A stretch of 64,000 nt of DNA. Source: Paragordius varius. Taxonomy: Eukaryota; Animalia; Nematomorpha. The notes beneath the pieces were generated by a model. That model was not told the DNA's origin. It worked only from the letters and a program-made list of their open reading frames with translations, and made no database searches. The translations under genes were made by a program, and so were the position numbers. Positions 41,960 through 57,200 of this stretch are shown here, piece after piece; positions within the stretch are counted from its first letter, which is position 1, and each line of letters opens with the position of its first letter. The stretch covers positions 13,144,001 through 13,208,000 of the forward strand of contig OZ176052.1 of NCBI GenBank assembly GCA_964247055.1, read 5' to 3'.

Positions 41960-44780
41960 CATATCCGATTTTTACAACGATACTTTAAAAATTAATGTAT
42001 AAAACTAGTCGCATCAATACTCAAGTTAAACTTTGTCCTTAAAAATCGAATATTGGTCACCGGTGAACAAAATTATTTTTTATACATTCTCTTAGTAAGA
42101 CTACATCAAAATATAGAGATAGTTTGGCAAACTCTTTCATATCCGATTTTTACAACGATACTTTAAAAATTAATGTATAAAACTAGTCGCATCAATACTC
42201 AAGTTAAACTTTGTCCTTAAAAATCGAATATTGGTCACCGGTGAACAAAATTATTTTTTATACATTCTCTTAGTAGGACTACATCAAAATAAAGAGATAG
42301 TTTGAAAAACTCTTTCATATCCGATTTTTACAACGATACTTTAAAAATTAATGTGTTAAACTAGTTGCATCAATACTCAAGTTAAACTTTGTCCTTAAAA
42401 ATGGGATAATGGTCACCGGTGAACAAAATAATTTTTTATACATTCTCTTAGTAAGACTACATCAAAATATAGAGATAGTTTGACAAACTCTTTCATATCC
42501 GATTTTTACAACGATACTTTAAAAATTAATGTATTAAACTAGTCGCATCAATACTCAAGTTAAACTTTGTCCTTAAAAATCGGATATTGGTCACCGGTGA
42601 ACAAAATTATTTTTTATACATTCTCTTAGCAAGACTACATCAAAATATAGAGATAGTTTGACAAACTCTTTCATATCCGATTTTTACAACGATACTTTAT
42701 AAATTAATGTATAAAACTAGTCGTATCAATAAGTCGCATCAATACTCAAGTTAAACTTTGTCCTTAAAAATCGGATATTGGTCACCGGTGAACAAAATAA
42801 TTTTTTATACATTCTCTTAGTAAGACTACATCAAAATATAGAGATAGTTTGACAAACTCTTTCATAACCGATTTTTACAATGATACTTTAAAAATTATGG
42901 TATTAAACCAGTCGCATCAATACTCAAGTTAAACTTTGTCCTTAAAAATCGGATATTGGTCACCGGTGAACAAAATTATTTTTTATACATTCTCTTAGTA
43001 AGACTACATCAAAATATAGAGATAGTTTGACAAACTCTTTCATATCCGATTTTTACAACGATACTTTAAAAATTAATGTATAAAACTAGTCGCATCAATA
43101 CTCAAGTTAAACTTTGTCCTTAAAAATCGAATATTGGTCACCGGTGAACAAAATTATTTTTTATATATTCTCTTAGCAAGACTGCATCAAAATATAGAGA
43201 TAGTTTGACAAACTCTTTCATATCCGATTTTTACAACCATACTTTATAAATTAATGTATAAAACTAGTCGTATCAATAAGTCGCATCAATACTCAAGTTA
43301 AACTTTGTCCTTAAAAATCGGATATTGGTAACCGGTGAACAAAATATTTTTTTATACATTCACTTAGTAAGACTACATCAAAATATAGAGATAGTTTGAC
43401 AAACTCTTTCATATCCGATTTTTACAACGATACTTTAAAAATTAATGTATTAAACTAGTCGCATCAATACTCAAGTTAAACTTTGTCCTTAAAAATCGGA
43501 TAATGGTCACCGGTGAACAAAATAAGTTTTTATACATTCTCTTAGTAAGACTACATTAAAATATCGAGATAGTTTGACAAACTCTTTCATATCCGATTTT
43601 TACAACGATACTTTAAAAATTAATGTATAAAACTAGTCGCATCAATACTCAAGTTAAACTTTGTCCTTAAAAATCGAATATTGGTCACCGGTGAACAAAA
43701 TTATTTTTTATACATTCTCTTAGTAAGACTACATCAAAATATAGAGATAGTTTGGCAAACTCTTTCATATCCGATTTTTACAACGATACTTTAAAAATTA
43801 ATGTATAAAACTAGTCGCATCAATACTCAAGTTAAACTTTGTCCTTAAAAATCGAATATTGGTCACCGGTGAACAAAATTATTTTTTATACATTCTCTTA
43901 GTAGGACTACATCAAAATAAAGAGATAGTTTGAAAAACTCTTTCATATCCGATTTTTACAACGATACTTTAAAAATTAATGTGTTAAACTAGTTGCATCA
44001 ATACTCAAGTTAAACTTTGTCCTTAAAAATGGGATAATGGTCACCGGTGAACAAAATAATTTTTTATACATTCTCTTAGTAAGACTACATCAAAATATCG
44101 AGATAGTTTGACAAACTCTTTCATATCCGATTTTTACAACGATACTTTAAAAATTAATGTATTAAACTAGTCGCATCAATACTCAAGTTAAACTTTGTCC
44201 TTAAAAATCGGATATTGGTCACCGGTGAACAAAATTATTTTTTATACATTCTCTTAGCAAGACTACATCAAAATATAGAGATAGTTTGACAAACTCTTTC
44301 ATATCCGATTTTTACAACGATACTTTATAAATTAATGTATAAAACTAGTCGTATCAATAAGTCGCATCAATACTCAAGTTAAACTTTGTCCTTAAAAATC
44401 GGATATTGGTCACCGGTGAACAAAATAATTTTTTATACATTCTCTTAGTAAGACTACATCAAAATATAGAGATAGTTTGACAAACTCTTTCATAACCGAT
44501 TTTTACAATGATACTTTAAAAATTATGGTATTAAACCAGTCGCATCAATACTCAAGTTAAACTTTGTCCTTAAAAATCGGATATTGGTCACCGGTGAACA
44601 AAATTATTTTTTATACATTCTCTTAGTAAGACTACATCAAAATATAGAGATAGTTTGACAAACTCTTTCATATCCGATTTTTACAACGATACTTTAAAAA
44701 TTAATGTATAAAACTAGTCGCATCAATACTCAAGTTAAACTTTGTCCTTAAAAATCGAATATTGGTCACCGGTGAACAAA
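41960..44780 (+). repeat. 9-monomer duplication, offset 1628 bp
   Basis: aaagagatagtttgaaaaac is at 42291/43919 and cataaccg at 42863/44491. 1628 = 9x178 + 2x13. Confidence 0.85.
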
Positions 44781-46429
44781 ATTATTTTTTATACATTCTC
44801 TTAGTAAGACTACATCAAAATATAGAGATAGTTTGACAAACTCTTTCATAACCGATTTTTACAATGATACTTTAAAAATTATGGTATTAAACCAGTCGCA
44901 TCAATACTCAAGTTAAACTTTGTCCTTAAAAATCGGATATTGGTCACCGGTGAACAAAATTATTTTTTATACATTCTCTTAGTAAGACTACATCAAAATA
45001 TAGAGATAGTTTGACAAACTCTTTCATATCCGATTTTTACAACGATACTTTAAAAATTAATGTATAAAACTAGTCGCATCAATACTCAAGTTAAACTTTG
45101 TCCTTAAAAATCGAATATTGGTCACCTGTGAACAAAATTATTTTTTATACATTCTCTTAGTAGGACTACATCAAAATATAGAGATAGTTTGGCAAACTCT
45201 TTCATATCCGATTTTTACAACGATACTTTAAAAATTAATGTATAAAACTAGTCGTATCAATAAATCGCATCAATACTCAAGTTAAACTTTATCCTTAAAA
45301 ATTGGATATTGGTCACCGGTGAATAAAATAATTTTTTATACATTCTCTTAGTAAGACTACATCAAAATATAGAGATACTTTGACAAACTCTTTCATATTC
45401 GATTTTTACAACGATACTTTAAAAATTAATGTATAAAACTAGTCGCATCAATACTCAAGTTAAACTTTGTCCTTAAAAATCGAATATTGGTCACCGGTGA
45501 ACAAAATTATTTTTTATACATTCTCTTAGTAAGACTACATCAAAATATAGAGATACTTTGACAAACCCTTTCATATCCGATTTTTACAACCATACTTTAT
45601 AAATTAATGTATAAAACTAGTCGTATCAATAAGTCGCATCAATACTCAAGTTAAACTTTGTCCTTAAAAATCGGATATTCGTAACCGGTGAACAAAATAA
45701 TTTTTTATACATTCACTTAGTAAGACTACATCAAAATATAGAGATAGTTTGACAAACTCTTTCATATCCGATTTTTACAACGATACTTTAAAAATTAATG
45801 TATTAAACTAGTCGCATCAATACTCAAGTTAAACTTTGTCCTTAAAAATCGGATATTGGTCACCGGTGAACAAAATTATTTTTTATACATTCTCTTAGCA
45901 AGACTACATCAAAATATAGAGATAGTTTGACAAACTCTTTCATATCCGATTTTTACAACGATACTTTATAAATTAATGTATAAAACTAGTCGTATCAATA
46001 AGTCGCATCAATACTCAAGTTAAACTTTGTCCTTAAAAATCGGATATTGGTCACCGGTGAACAAAATAATTTTTTATACATTCTCTTAGTAAGACTACAT
46101 CAAAATATAGAGATAGTTTGACAAACTCTTTCATAACCGATTTTTACAATGATACTTTAAAAATTATGGTATTAAACCAGTCGCATCAATACTCAAGTTA
46201 AACTTTGTCCTTAAAAATCGGATATTGGTCACCGGTGAACAAAATTATTTTTTATACATTCTCTTAGTAAGACTACATCAAAATATAGAGATAGTTTGAC
46301 AAACTCTTTCATATCCGATTTTTACAACGATACTTTAAAAATTAATGTATAAAACTAGTCGTATCAATAAATCGCATCAATACTCAAGTTAAACTTTATC
46401 CTTAAAAATTGGATATTGGTCACCGGTGA

Positions 46430-49400
46430 AGAAAATAATTTTTTATACATTCTCTTAGTAGGACTACATCAAAATATAGAGATAGTTTGGCAAACTCTTT
46501 CATATCCGATTTTTACAACGATACTTTAAAAATTAATGTATAAAACTAGTCGTATCAATAAATCGCATCAATACTCAAGTTAAACTTTATCCTTAAAAAT
46601 CGAATATTGGTCACCGGTGAACAAAATTATTTTTTATACATTCTCTTAGTAGGACTACATCAAAATATAGAGATAGTTTGGCAAACTCTTTCATATCCGA
46701 TTTTTACAACGATACTTTAAAAATTAATGTATAAAACTAGTCGTATCAATAAATCGCATCAATACTCAAGTTAAACTTTATCCTTAAAAATTGGATATTG
46801 GTCACCGGTGAAGAAAATAATTTTTTATACATTCTCTTAGTAAGACTACATCAAAATATAGAGATACTTTGACAAACTCTTTCATATTCGATTTTTACAA
46901 CGATACTTTAAAAATTAATGTATAAAACTAGTCGCATCAATACTCAAGTTAAACTTTGTCCTTAAAAATCGAATATTGGTCACCGGTGAACAAAATTATT
47001 TTTTATACATTCTCTTAGTAAGACTACATCAAAATATAGAGATACTTTGACAAACTCTTTCATATCCGATTTTTACAACGATACTTTAAAAATTATGGTA
47101 TTAAACTAGTCGCATCAATACTCAAATTAAACTTTGTCCTTAAAAATCGGATATTGGTCACCGGTGAACAAAATTATTTTTTATATATTCTCTTAGCAAG
47201 ACTGCATCAAAATATAGAGATAGTTTGACAAACTCTTTCATATCCGATTTTTACAACGATACTTTATAAATTAATGTATAAAACTAGTCGTATCAATAAG
47301 TCGCATCAATACTCAAGTTAAACTTTGTCCTTAAATATCGAATATTGGTCACCGGTGAACAATATTATTTTTTATACATTCTCTTCGTAAGACTACATCA
47401 AAATATAGAAATAGTTTGACAAACTCTTTCATATCCGATTTTTACAACGATACTTTAAAAATTAATGTATAAAACTAGTCGCATCAATACTCAAGTTAAA
47501 CTTTGTCCTTAAAAATCGGATATTGGTCACCAGTGAACAAAATTATTTTTTATACATTCTCTTAGTAAGACTACATCAAAATATAGAGATAGTTTGACAA
47601 ACTCTTTCATATCCGATTTTTACAACGATACTTTAAAAATTAATGTATAAAACTAGTCGCATCAATACTCAAGTTAAACTTTGTCCTTAAAAATCGAATA
47701 TTGGTCACCGGTGAACAAAATTATTTTTTATACATTCTCTTAGTAGGACTACATCAAAATATAGAGATAGTTTGGCAAACTCTTTCATATCCGATTTTTA
47801 CAACGATACTTTAAAAATTAATGTATAAAACTAGTCGTATCAATAAATCGCATCAATACTCAAGTTAAACTTTATCCTTAAAAATTGGATATTGGTCACC
47901 GGTGAAGAAAATAATTTTTTATACATTCTCTTAGTAAGACTACATCAAAATATAGAGATACTTTGACAAACTCTTTCATATTCGATTTTTACAACGATAC
48001 TTTAAAAATTAATGTATAAAACTAGTCGCATCAATACTCAAGTTAAACTTTGTCCTTAAAAATCGAATATTGGTCACCGGTGAACAAAATTATTTTTTAT
48101 ACATTAGTAAGACTACATCAAAATATAGAGATACTTTGACAAACCCTTTCATATCCGATTTTTACAACCATACTTTATAAATTAATGTATAAAACTAGTC
48201 GTATCAATAAGTCGCATCAATACTCAAGTTAAACTTTGTCCTTAAAAATCGGATATTGGTAACCGGTGAACAAAATAATTTTTTATACATTCACTTAGTA
48301 AGACTACATCAAAATATAGAGATAGTTTGACAAACTCTTTCACATCCGATTTTTACAACGATACTTTAAAAATTAATGTATTAAACTAGTCGCATCAATA
48401 CTCAAGTTAAACTTTGTCCTTAAAAATCGGATATTGGTCACCGGTGAACAAAATTATTTTTTATACATTCTCTTAGCAAGACTACATCAAAATATAGAGA
48501 TAGTTTGACAAACTCTTTCATATCCGATTTGTACAACGATACTTTATAAATTAATGTATGAAACTAGTCGTATCAATAAGTCGCATCAATACTCAAGTTA
48601 AACTTTGCCCTTAAAAATCGGATATTGGTCACCGGTGAACAAAATAATTTTTTATACATTCTCTTAGTAGGACTACATCAAAATATAGAGATAGTTTGGC
48701 AAACTCTTTCATATCCGATTTTTACAACGATACTTTAAAAATTAATGTATAAAACTAGTCGTATCAATAAATCGCATCAATACTCAAGTTAAACTTTATC
48801 CTTAAAAATCGAATATTGGTCACCGGTGAACAAAATTATTTTTTATACATTCTCTTAGTAGGACTACATCAAAATATAGAGATAGTTTGGCAAACTCTTT
48901 CATATCCGATTTTTACAACGATACTTTAAAAATTAATGTATAAAACTAGTCGTATCAATAAATCGCATCAATACTCAAGTTAAACTTTATCCTTAAAAAT
49001 TGGATATTGGTCACCGGTGAAGAAAATAATTTTTTATACATTCTCTTAGTAAGACTACATCAAAATATAGAGATACTTTGACAAACTCTTTCATATTCGA
49101 TTTTTACAACGATACTTTAAAAATTAATGTATAAAACTAGTCGCATCAATACTCAAGTTAAACTTTGTCCTTAAAAATCGAATATTGGTCACCGGTGAAC
49201 AAAATTATTTTTTATACATTCTCTTAGTAAGACTACATCAAAATATAGAGATACTTTGACAAACTCTTTCATATCCGATTTTTACAACGATACTTTAAAA
49301 ATTATGGTATTAAACTAGTCGCATCAATACTCAAATTAAACTTTGTCCTTAAAAATCGGATATTGGTCACCGGTGAACAAAATTATTTTTTATATATTCT

Positions 49401-52400
49401 CTTAGCAAGACTGCATCAAAATATAGAGATAGTTTGACAAACTCTTTCATATCCGATTTTTACAACGATACTTTATAAATTAATGTATAAAACTAGTCGT
49501 ATCAATAAGTCGCATCAATACTCAAGTTAAACTTTGTCCTTAAATATCGAATATTGGTCACCGGTGAACAATATTATTTTTTATACATTCTCTTCGTAAG
49601 ACTACATCAAAATATAGAAATAGTTTGACAAACTCTTTCATATCCGATTTTTACAACGATACTTTAAAAATTAATGTATAAAACTAGTCGCATCAATACT
49701 CAAGTTAAACTTTGTCCTTAAAAATCGGATATTGGTCACCAGTGAACAAAATTATTTTTTATACATTCTCTTAGTAAGACTACATCAAAATATAGAGATA
49801 GTTTGACAAACTCTTTCATATCCGATTTTTACAACGATACTTTAAAAATTAATGTATAAAACTAGTCGCATCAATACTCAAGTTAAACTTTGTCCTTAAA
49901 AATCGAATATTGGTCACCGGTGAACAAAATTATTTTTTATACATTCTCTTAGTAGGACTACATCAAAATATAGAGATAGTTTGGCAAACTCTTTCATATC
50001 CGATTTTTACAACGATACTTTAAAAATTAATGTATAAAACTAGTCGTATCAATAAATCGCATCAATACTCAAGTTAAACTTTATCCTTAAAAATTGGATA
50101 TTGGTCACCGGTGAAGAAAATAATTTTTTATACATTCTCTTAGTAAGACTACATCAAAATATAGAGATACTTTGACAAACTCTTTCATATTCGATTTTTA
50201 CAACGATACTTTAAAAATTAATGTATAAAACTAGTCGCATCAATACTCAAGTTAAACTTTGTCCTTAAAAATCGAATATTGGTCACCGGTGAACAAAATT
50301 ATTTTTTATACATTCTCTTAGTAAGACTACATCAAAATATAGAGATACTTTGACAAACCCTTTCATATCCGATTTTTACAACCATACTTTATAAATTAAT
50401 GTATAAAACTAGTCGTATCAATAAGTCGCATCAATACTCAAGTTAAACTTTGTCCTTAAAAATCGGATATTGGTAACCGGTGAACAAAATAATTTTTTAT
50501 ACATTCACTTAGTAAGACTACATCAAAATATAGAGATAGTTTGACAAACTCTTTCATATCCGATTTTTACAACGATACTTTAAAAATTAATGTATTAAAC
50601 TAGTCGCATCAATACTCAAGTTAAACTTTGTCCTTAAAAATCGGATATTGGTCACCGGTGAACAAAATTATTTTTTATACATTCTCTTAGCAAGACTACA
50701 TCAAAATATAGAGATAGTTTGACAAACTCTTTCATATCCGATTTGTACAACGATACTTTATAAATTAATGTATGAAACTAGTCGTATCAATAAGTCGCAT
50801 CAATACTCAAGTTAAACTTTGCCCTTAAAAATCGGATATTGGTCACCGGTGAACAAAATAATTTTTTATACATTCTCTTAGTAGGACTACATCAAAATAT
50901 AGAGATAGTTTGGCAAACTCTTTCATATCCGATTTTTACAACGATACTTTAAAAATTAATGTATAAAACTAGTCGTATCAATAAATCGCATCAATACTCA
51001 AGTTAAACTTTATCCTTAAAAATCGAATATTGGTCACCGGTGAACAAAATTATTTTTTATACATTCTCTTAGTAGGACTACATCAAAATATAGAGATAGT
51101 TTGGCAAACTCTTTCATATCCGATTTTTACCACGATACTTTAAAAATTAATGTATAAAACTAGTCGTATCAATAAATCGCATCAATACTCAAGTTAAACT
51201 TTATCCTTAAAAATTGGATATTGGTCACCGGTGAAGAAAATAATTTTTTATACATTCTCTTAGTAAGACTACATCAAAATATAGAGATACTTTGACAAAC
51301 TCTTTCATATTCGATTTTTACAACGATACTTTAAAAATTAATGTATAAAACTAGTCGCATCAATACTCAAGTTAAACTTTGTCCTTAAAAATCGAATATT
51401 GGTCACCGGTGAACAAAATTATTTTTTATACATTCTCTTAGTAAGACTACATCAAAATATAGAGATACTTTGACAAACTCTTTCATATCCGATTTTTACA
51501 ACGATACTTTAAAAATTATGGTATTAAACTAGTCGCATCAATACTCAAATTAAACTTTGTCCTTAAAAATCGGATATTGGTCACCGGTGAACAAAATTAT
51601 TTTTTATATATTCTCTTAGCAAGACTGCATCAAAATATAGAGATAGTTTGACAAACTCTTTCATATCCGATTTTTACAACGATACTTTATAAATTAATGT
51701 ATAAAACTAGTCGTATCAATAAGTCGCATCAATACTCAAGTTAAACTTTGTCCTTAAATATCGAATATTGGTCACCGGTGGACAATATTATTTTTTATAC
51801 ATTCTCTTCGTAAGACTACATCAAAATATAGAAATAGTTTGACAAACTCTTTCATATCCGATTTTTACAACGATACTTTAAAAATTAATGTATAAAACTA
51901 GTCGCATCAATACTCAAGTTAAACTTTGTCCTTAAAAATCGGATATTGGTCACCAGTGAACAAAATTATTTTTTATACATTCTCTTAGTAAGACTACATC
52001 AAAATATAGAGATAGTTTGACAAACTCTTTCATATCCGATTTTTACAACGATACTTTAAAAATTAATGTATAAAACTAGTCGCATCAATACTCAAGTTAA
52101 ACTTTGTCCTTAAAAATCGAATATTGGTCACCGGTGAACAAAATTATTTTTTATACATTGTCTTAGTAGGACTACATCAAAATATAGAGATAGTTTGGCA
52201 AACTCTTTCATATCCGATTTTTACAACGATACTTTAAAAATTAATGTATAAAACTAGTCGTATCAATAAATCGCATCAATACTCAAGTTAAACTTTATCC
52301 TTAAAAATTGGATATTGGTCACCGGTGAAGAAAATAATTTTTTATACATTCTCTTAGTAAGACTACATCAAAATATAGAGATACTTTGACAAACTCTTTC

Positions 52401-52420
52401 ATATTCGATTTTTACAACGA
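46430..52420 (+). repeat. 12-monomer HOR, period 2214 bp (six 178-bp plus six 191-bp monomers), ~2.7 copies
   Basis: The variant T of taaatatcgaat is at 47336, 49545 and 51759 (offsets 2209 and 2214). A 5-bp deletion near 48105 explains 2209. Confidence 0.92.
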
Positions 52421-54225
52421 TACTTTATAAATTAATGTATAAAACTAGTCGTATCAATAAGTCGCATCAATACTCAAGTTAAACTTTGTCCTTAAAAATC
52501 GGATATTGGTAACCGGTGAACAAAATAATTTTTTATACATTCACTTAGTAAGACTACATCAAAATATAGAGATAGTTTGACAAACTCTTTCATATCCGAT
52601 TTTTACAACGATACTTTAAAAATTAATGTATTAAACTAGTCGCATCAATACTCAAGTTAAACTTTGTCCTTAAAAATCGAATATTGGTCACCGGTGAACA
52701 AAATTATTTTTTATACATTCTCTTAGTAAGACTACATCAAAATATAGAGATACTTTGACAAACCCTTTCATATCCGATTTTTACAACCATACTTTATAAA
52801 TTAATGTATAAAACTAGTCGTATCAATAAGTCGCATCAATACTCAAGTTAAACTTTGTCCTTAAAAATCGGATATTGGTAACCGGTGAACAAAATAATTT
52901 TTTATACATTCACTTAGTAAGACTACATCAAAATATAGAGATAGTTTGACAAACTCTTTCATATCCGATTTTTACAACGATACTTTAAAAATTAATGTAT
53001 TAAACTAGTCGCATCAATACTCAAGTTAAACTTTGTCCTTAAAAATCGGATATTGGTCACCGGTGAACAAAATTATTTTTTATACATTCTCTTAGCAAGA
53101 CTACATCAAAATATAGAGATAGTTTGACAAACTCTTTCATATCCGATTTTTACAACGATACTTTATAAATTAATGTATAAAACTAGTCGTATCAATAAGT
53201 CGCATCAATACTCAAGTTAAACTTTGTCCTTAAATATCGAATATTGGTCACCGGTGAACAAAATTATTTTTTATACATTCTCTTCGTAAGACTACATCAA
53301 AATATAGAAATAGTTTGACAAACTCTTTCATATCCGATTTTTACAACGATACTTTAAAAATTAATGTATAAAACTAGTCGCATCAATACTCAAGTTAAAC
53401 TTTGTCCTAAAAAATCGAATATTGGTCACCGGTGAACAAAATTATTTTTTATATATTCTCTTAGCAAGACTGCATCAAAATATAGAGATAGTTTGACAAA
53501 CTCTTTCATATCCGATTTTTACAACGATACTTTATAAATTAATGTATAAAACTAGTCGTATCAATAAGTCGCATCAATACTCAAGTTAAACTTTGTCCTT
53601 AAATATCGAATATTGGTCACCGGTGAACAAAATTATTTTTTATACATTCTCTTCGTAAGACTACATCAAAATATAGAAATAGTTTGACAAACTCTTTCAT
53701 ATCCGATTTTTACAACGATACTTTAAAAATTAATGTATAAAACTAGTCGCATCAATACTCAAGTTAAACTTTGTCCTAAAAAATCGAATATTGGTCACCG
53801 GTGAACAAAATTATATTTTATACATTCTCTTATTAAGACTACATCAAAATATAGAGATAGTTTGACAAACTCTTTCATATCCGATTTTTACAACGATACT
53901 TTAAAAATTAATGTATAAAACTAGTCGCATCAATACTCAAGTTAAACTTTGTCCTTAAAAATCGAATATTGGTCACCGGTGAACAAAATTATTTTTTATA
54001 CATTCTCTTAGTAAGACTACATCAAAATATAGAGATACTTTGACAAACTCTTTCATATTCGATTTTTACAACGATACTTTAAAAATTAATGTATAAAACT
54101 AGTCGCATCAATACTCAAGTTAAACTTTGTCCTTAAAAATCGAATATTGGTCACCGGTGAACAAAATTATTTTTTATACATTCTCTTAGTAAGACTACAT
54201 CAAAATATAGAGATACTTTGACAAA

Positions 54226-57200
54226 CTCTTTCATATCCGATTTTTACAACGATACTTTAAAAATTATGGTATTAAACTAGTCGCATCAATACTCAAATTA
54301 AACTTTGTCCCTAAAAATCGGATATTGGTCACCGGTGAACAAAATTATTTTTTATACATTCTCTTAGCAAGACTACATCAAAATATAGAGATAGTTTGAC
54401 AAACTCTTTCATATCCGATTTTTACAACGATACTTTAAAAATTAATGTATAAAACTAGTCGCATCAATACTCAAATTAAACTTTGTCCTTAAAAATCGGA
54501 TATTGGTCACCGGTGAACAAAATTATTTTTTATATATTCTCTTAGCAAGACTGCATCAAAATATAGAGATAGTTTGACAAACTCTTTCATATCCGATTTT
54601 TACAACGATACTCTATAAATTAATGTATAAAACTAGTCTTATCAATAAGTCGCATCTATACTCAAGTTAAACTTTGTCCTTAAAAATCGAATATTGGTCA
54701 CCGGTGAACAAAATTATTTTTTATACATTCTCTTAGTAAGACTACATCAAAATATAGAAATAGTTTGATAAACTCTTTCATATCCGATTTTTACAACGAT
54801 ACTTTAAAAATTAATGTATAAAACTAGTCGCATCAATACTCAAGTTAAACTTTGTCCTTAAAAATCGAATATTGGTCACCGGTGAACAAAATTATATTTT
54901 ATACATTCTCTTAGTAAGACTACATCAAAATATAGAGATAGTTTGACAAACTCTTTCATATCCGATTTTTACAACGATACTTTAAAAATTATGGTATTAA
55001 ACTAGTCGCATCAATACTCAAATTAAACTTTGTCCCTAAAAATCGGATATTGGTCACCGGTGAACAAAATTATTTTTTATACATTCTCTTAGCAAGACTA
55101 CATCAAAATATAGAGATAGTTTGACAAACTCTTTCATATCCGATTTTTACAACGATACTTTAAAAATTAATGTATAAAACTAGTCGCATCAATACTCAAA
55201 TTAAACTTTGTCCTTAAAAATCGGATATTGGTCACCGGTGAACAAAATTATTTTTTATATATTCTCTTAGCAAGACTGCATCAAAATATAGAGATAGTTT
55301 GACAAACTCTTTTATATCCGATTTTTACAACGATACTCTATAAATTAATGTATAAAACTAGTCGTATCAATAAGTCGCATCTATACTCAAGTTAAACTTT
55401 GTCCTTAAAAATCGAATATTGGTCACCGGTGAACAAAATTATTTTTTATACATTCTCTTAGTAAGACTACATCAAAATATAGAGATAGTTTGGCAAACTC
55501 TTTCATATCCGATTTTTACAACGATACTTTAAAAATTATGGTATTAAACTAGTCGCATCAATACTCAAATTAAACTTTGTCCCTAAAAATCGGATATTGG
55601 TCACCGGTGAACAAAATTATTTTTTATACATTCTCTTAGCAAGACTACATCAAAATATAGAGATAGTTTGACAAACTCTTTCATATCCGATTTTTACAAC
55701 GATACTTTAAAAATTAATGTATAAAACTAGTCGCATCAATACTCAAGTTAAACTTTGTCCTTAAAAATCGAATATTGGTCACCGGTGAACAAAATTATTT
55801 TTCATAAATTCTCTTAGTAGGACTACATCAAAATAAAGAGATAGTTTGAAAAACTCTTTCATATCCGATTTTTACAACGATACTTTAAAAATTAATGTGT
55901 TAAACTAGTTGCATCAATACTCAAGTTAAACTTTGTCCTTAAAAATCATATATTGGTCACCGGTGAACAAAATTATTTTTTATACATTCTCTTAATAAGA
56001 CTACATCAAAATATAGAGATAGTTTGACAAACTCTTTCATATCCAATTTTTACAACGATACTTTAAAAATTAATGTATAAAACTAGTCGCATCAATACTC
56101 AAGTTAAACTTTGTCCTTAAAAATCGAATATTGGTCACCGGCGAACAAAATTATTTTTTATACATTGTCTTAGCAAGACTACATCAAAATATAGAGATAG
56201 TTTGACAAACTCTTTCATATCCGATTTTTACAACGATACTTTAAAAATTATGGTATTAAACTAGTCGCATCATTACTCAAATTAAACTTTGTCCTTAAAA
56301 ATCGGATATTGGTCACCGGTGAACAAAATTATTTTTTATATATTCTCTTAGCAAGACTACATCAAAATATAGAGATAGTTTGACAAACTCTTTCATATCC
56401 GATTTTTACAACGATACTTTAAAAATTAATGTGTTAAACTAGTCGCATCAATACTCAAGTTAAACTTTGTCCTTAAAAATCGAATATTGGTCACCGGTGA
56501 ACAAAATTATTTTTTATACATTCTCTTAGTAAGACTACATCAAAAAATAGAAATAATTTGACAAACTCTTTCATATCCGATTTTTACAACGATACTTTAA
56601 AAATTAATGTATTAAACTAGTCGCATCAATACTCAAGTTAAACGTTGTCCTTAAAAATCGGATATTGGTCACCGGTGAACAAAATTATTTTTTATACATT
56701 CTCTTAGCAAGACTACATCAAAATATAGAGATAGTTTGACAAACTCTTTCATATCCGATTTTTACAACCATACTTTATAACTTAATGTATAAAACTAGTC
56801 GTATCAATAAGTCGCATCAATACTCAAGTTAAACTTTGTCCTTAAAAATCGGATATTGGTAACCGGTGAACAAAATAATTTTTTATACATTCACTTAGTA
56901 AGACTACATCAAAATATAGAGATAGTTTGACAAACTCTTTCATATCCGATTTTTACAACGATACTTTAAAAATTAATGTATTAAACTAGTCGCATCAATA
57001 CTCAAGTTAAACTTTGTCCTTAAAAATCGGATAATGGTCACCGGTGAACAAAATAATTTTTTATACATTCTCTTAGTAAGACTACATCAAAATATAGAGA
57101 TAGTTTGACAAACTCTTTCATAACCGATTTTTACAATGATACTTTAAAAATTATGGTATTAAACCAGTCGCATCAATACTCAAGTTAAACTTTGTCCTTA

